Shown: in pieces, positions 63,370-64,000 of the stretch | Numbering within the stretch: position 1 is the first letter of the stretch | How the letters are laid out: each line of letters begins with the position of its first letter | Assembly: GCA_938084715.1 (NCBI GenBank) | Contig: CALKES010000016.1 | Location: 1 to 64,000, forward strand | From: Candidatus Bipolaricaulota bacterium | GTDB taxonomy: Bacteria; Bipolaricaulota; Bipolaricaulia; Bipolaricaulales; Bipolaricaulaceae | Direction: 5' to 3' | DNA length: 64,000 bases | The notes under the pieces: generated by a model | What the model was told of the DNA's origin: nothing | The model's input: only the letters and a program-made list of their open reading frames with translations | Databases searched by the model: none | Program-made: the position numbers and the translations under genes

Positions 63370-64000
63370 TTAGCCCCCCCGGAGGGCGGCGTGGGCCGCC
63401 GCGAGGCGGGCGATGGGGACCCGGAACGGCGAGCAGCTCACGTAGTCCATCCCCACCCGGTGGCAGAACATCACGCTCTCGGGGTCGCCCCCGTGCTCCC
63501 CGCAGATCCCCACCTTGAGGTCCGGCCGCGTCGCCCGCCCCCGCTCGACCCCGATCCGGATGAGCTCCCCGATCCCCTCCTGGTCGAGGGTTTGGAACGG
63601 GTCCGCCCGGAGGATCCCCCGCTCGAGGTACTCGGGGAGGAACGAGCCGACGTCGTCCCGGCTGAACCCAAACCCCATCTGGGTGAGGTCGTTCGTGCCG
63701 AAGCTGAAGAACTCCGCGGCCTTCGCCATCTGCCCCCCGGTGAGGGCAGCCCGGGGGATCTCGATCATCGTCCCAAAGAGGCACGGGAGGTCGGAGAGCC
63801 CGAACTTGGCCTTGACCTCCCCGAGGACCCGCTCGAAGGTCGCCCTCTCGTGGAGGAGCTCGGTCACGGTGGCCGTCACGGGGATCATGATCTCGGGGTA
63901 GGCCCTCTTCCCGGAGGCAAGGAGCTCCGCCGCCGCCTCGAGGATGGCCCGGTACTGCATCTCCGAGATCTCGGGGTAGGTGATCCCCAGCCGCACCCCG
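63370..64000 (-). CDS. ppdK: Pyruvate, phosphate dikinase, C-terminal PEP-utilising TIM-barrel domain. Partial; the 5' part lies beyond the window end.
   Basis: [46 protein letters not shown]. Confidence 0.8.
   Translation of the reverse strand, partial: GVRLGITYPEISEMQYRAILEAAAELLASGKRAYPEIMIPVTATVTELLHERATFERVLGEVKAKFGLSDLPCLFGTMIEIPRAALTGGQMAKAAEFFSFGTNDLTQMGFGFSRDDVGSFLPEYLERGILRADPFQTLDQEGIGELIRIGVERGRATRPDLKVGICGEHGGDPESVMFCHRVGMDYVSCSPFRVPIARLAAAHAALRGG

Overview
This is a ~70% GC bacterial chromosomal segment that is densely coded on both strands and consists mostly of core housekeeping genes. I infer the gene content is Firmicutes-like, possibly Symbiobacterium/Thermaerobacter-like, from the NfeD-FloA pair, ComF, GlpX and a tyrosine phenol-lyase-like gene; this is inference only. 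Recognisable genes include: the pdxS-pdxT-gap operon; comF; the dnaG-sigA macromolecular-synthesis operon followed by miaA-nnr-tatD; panB; mutY; mobB; glpX; an M20 peptidase; xth; an ABC-2 exporter with yjbQ; nfeD-floA; a MoxR-DUF58 cluster downstream of aspS; a UvrD-like helicase fused to a RecB/Cas4-like nuclease; a TPL/tryptophanase-like lyase; a complete pstSCAB-phoU operon; coaX; an oligopeptide-type ABC importer (one substrate-binding protein plus two permeases); and the 3' end of ppdK. Three tRNAs are present (Thr-CGT, Asn-GTT, Pro-GGG). I found no CRISPR array, transposase, integrase or rRNA. Many ORFs in the supplied track are high-GC frame artefacts or N-terminal over-extensions; I re-derived starts by counting codons. 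The most unusual local signals are: (i) a low-GC islet (14034-14900) carrying an HsdR_N / PD-(D/E)xK restriction-endonuclease-like gene interrupted by a single in-frame TAG; (ii) a macro-domain gene translationally coupled to a zincin-like metallopeptidase fused to a HEPN-like domain; (iii) a PstA permease with a tandem PDZ-domain insertion; (iv) a tRNA-Pro with an irregular anticodon arm; and (v) an extremely G-run-rich 300-bp divergent intergenic region.
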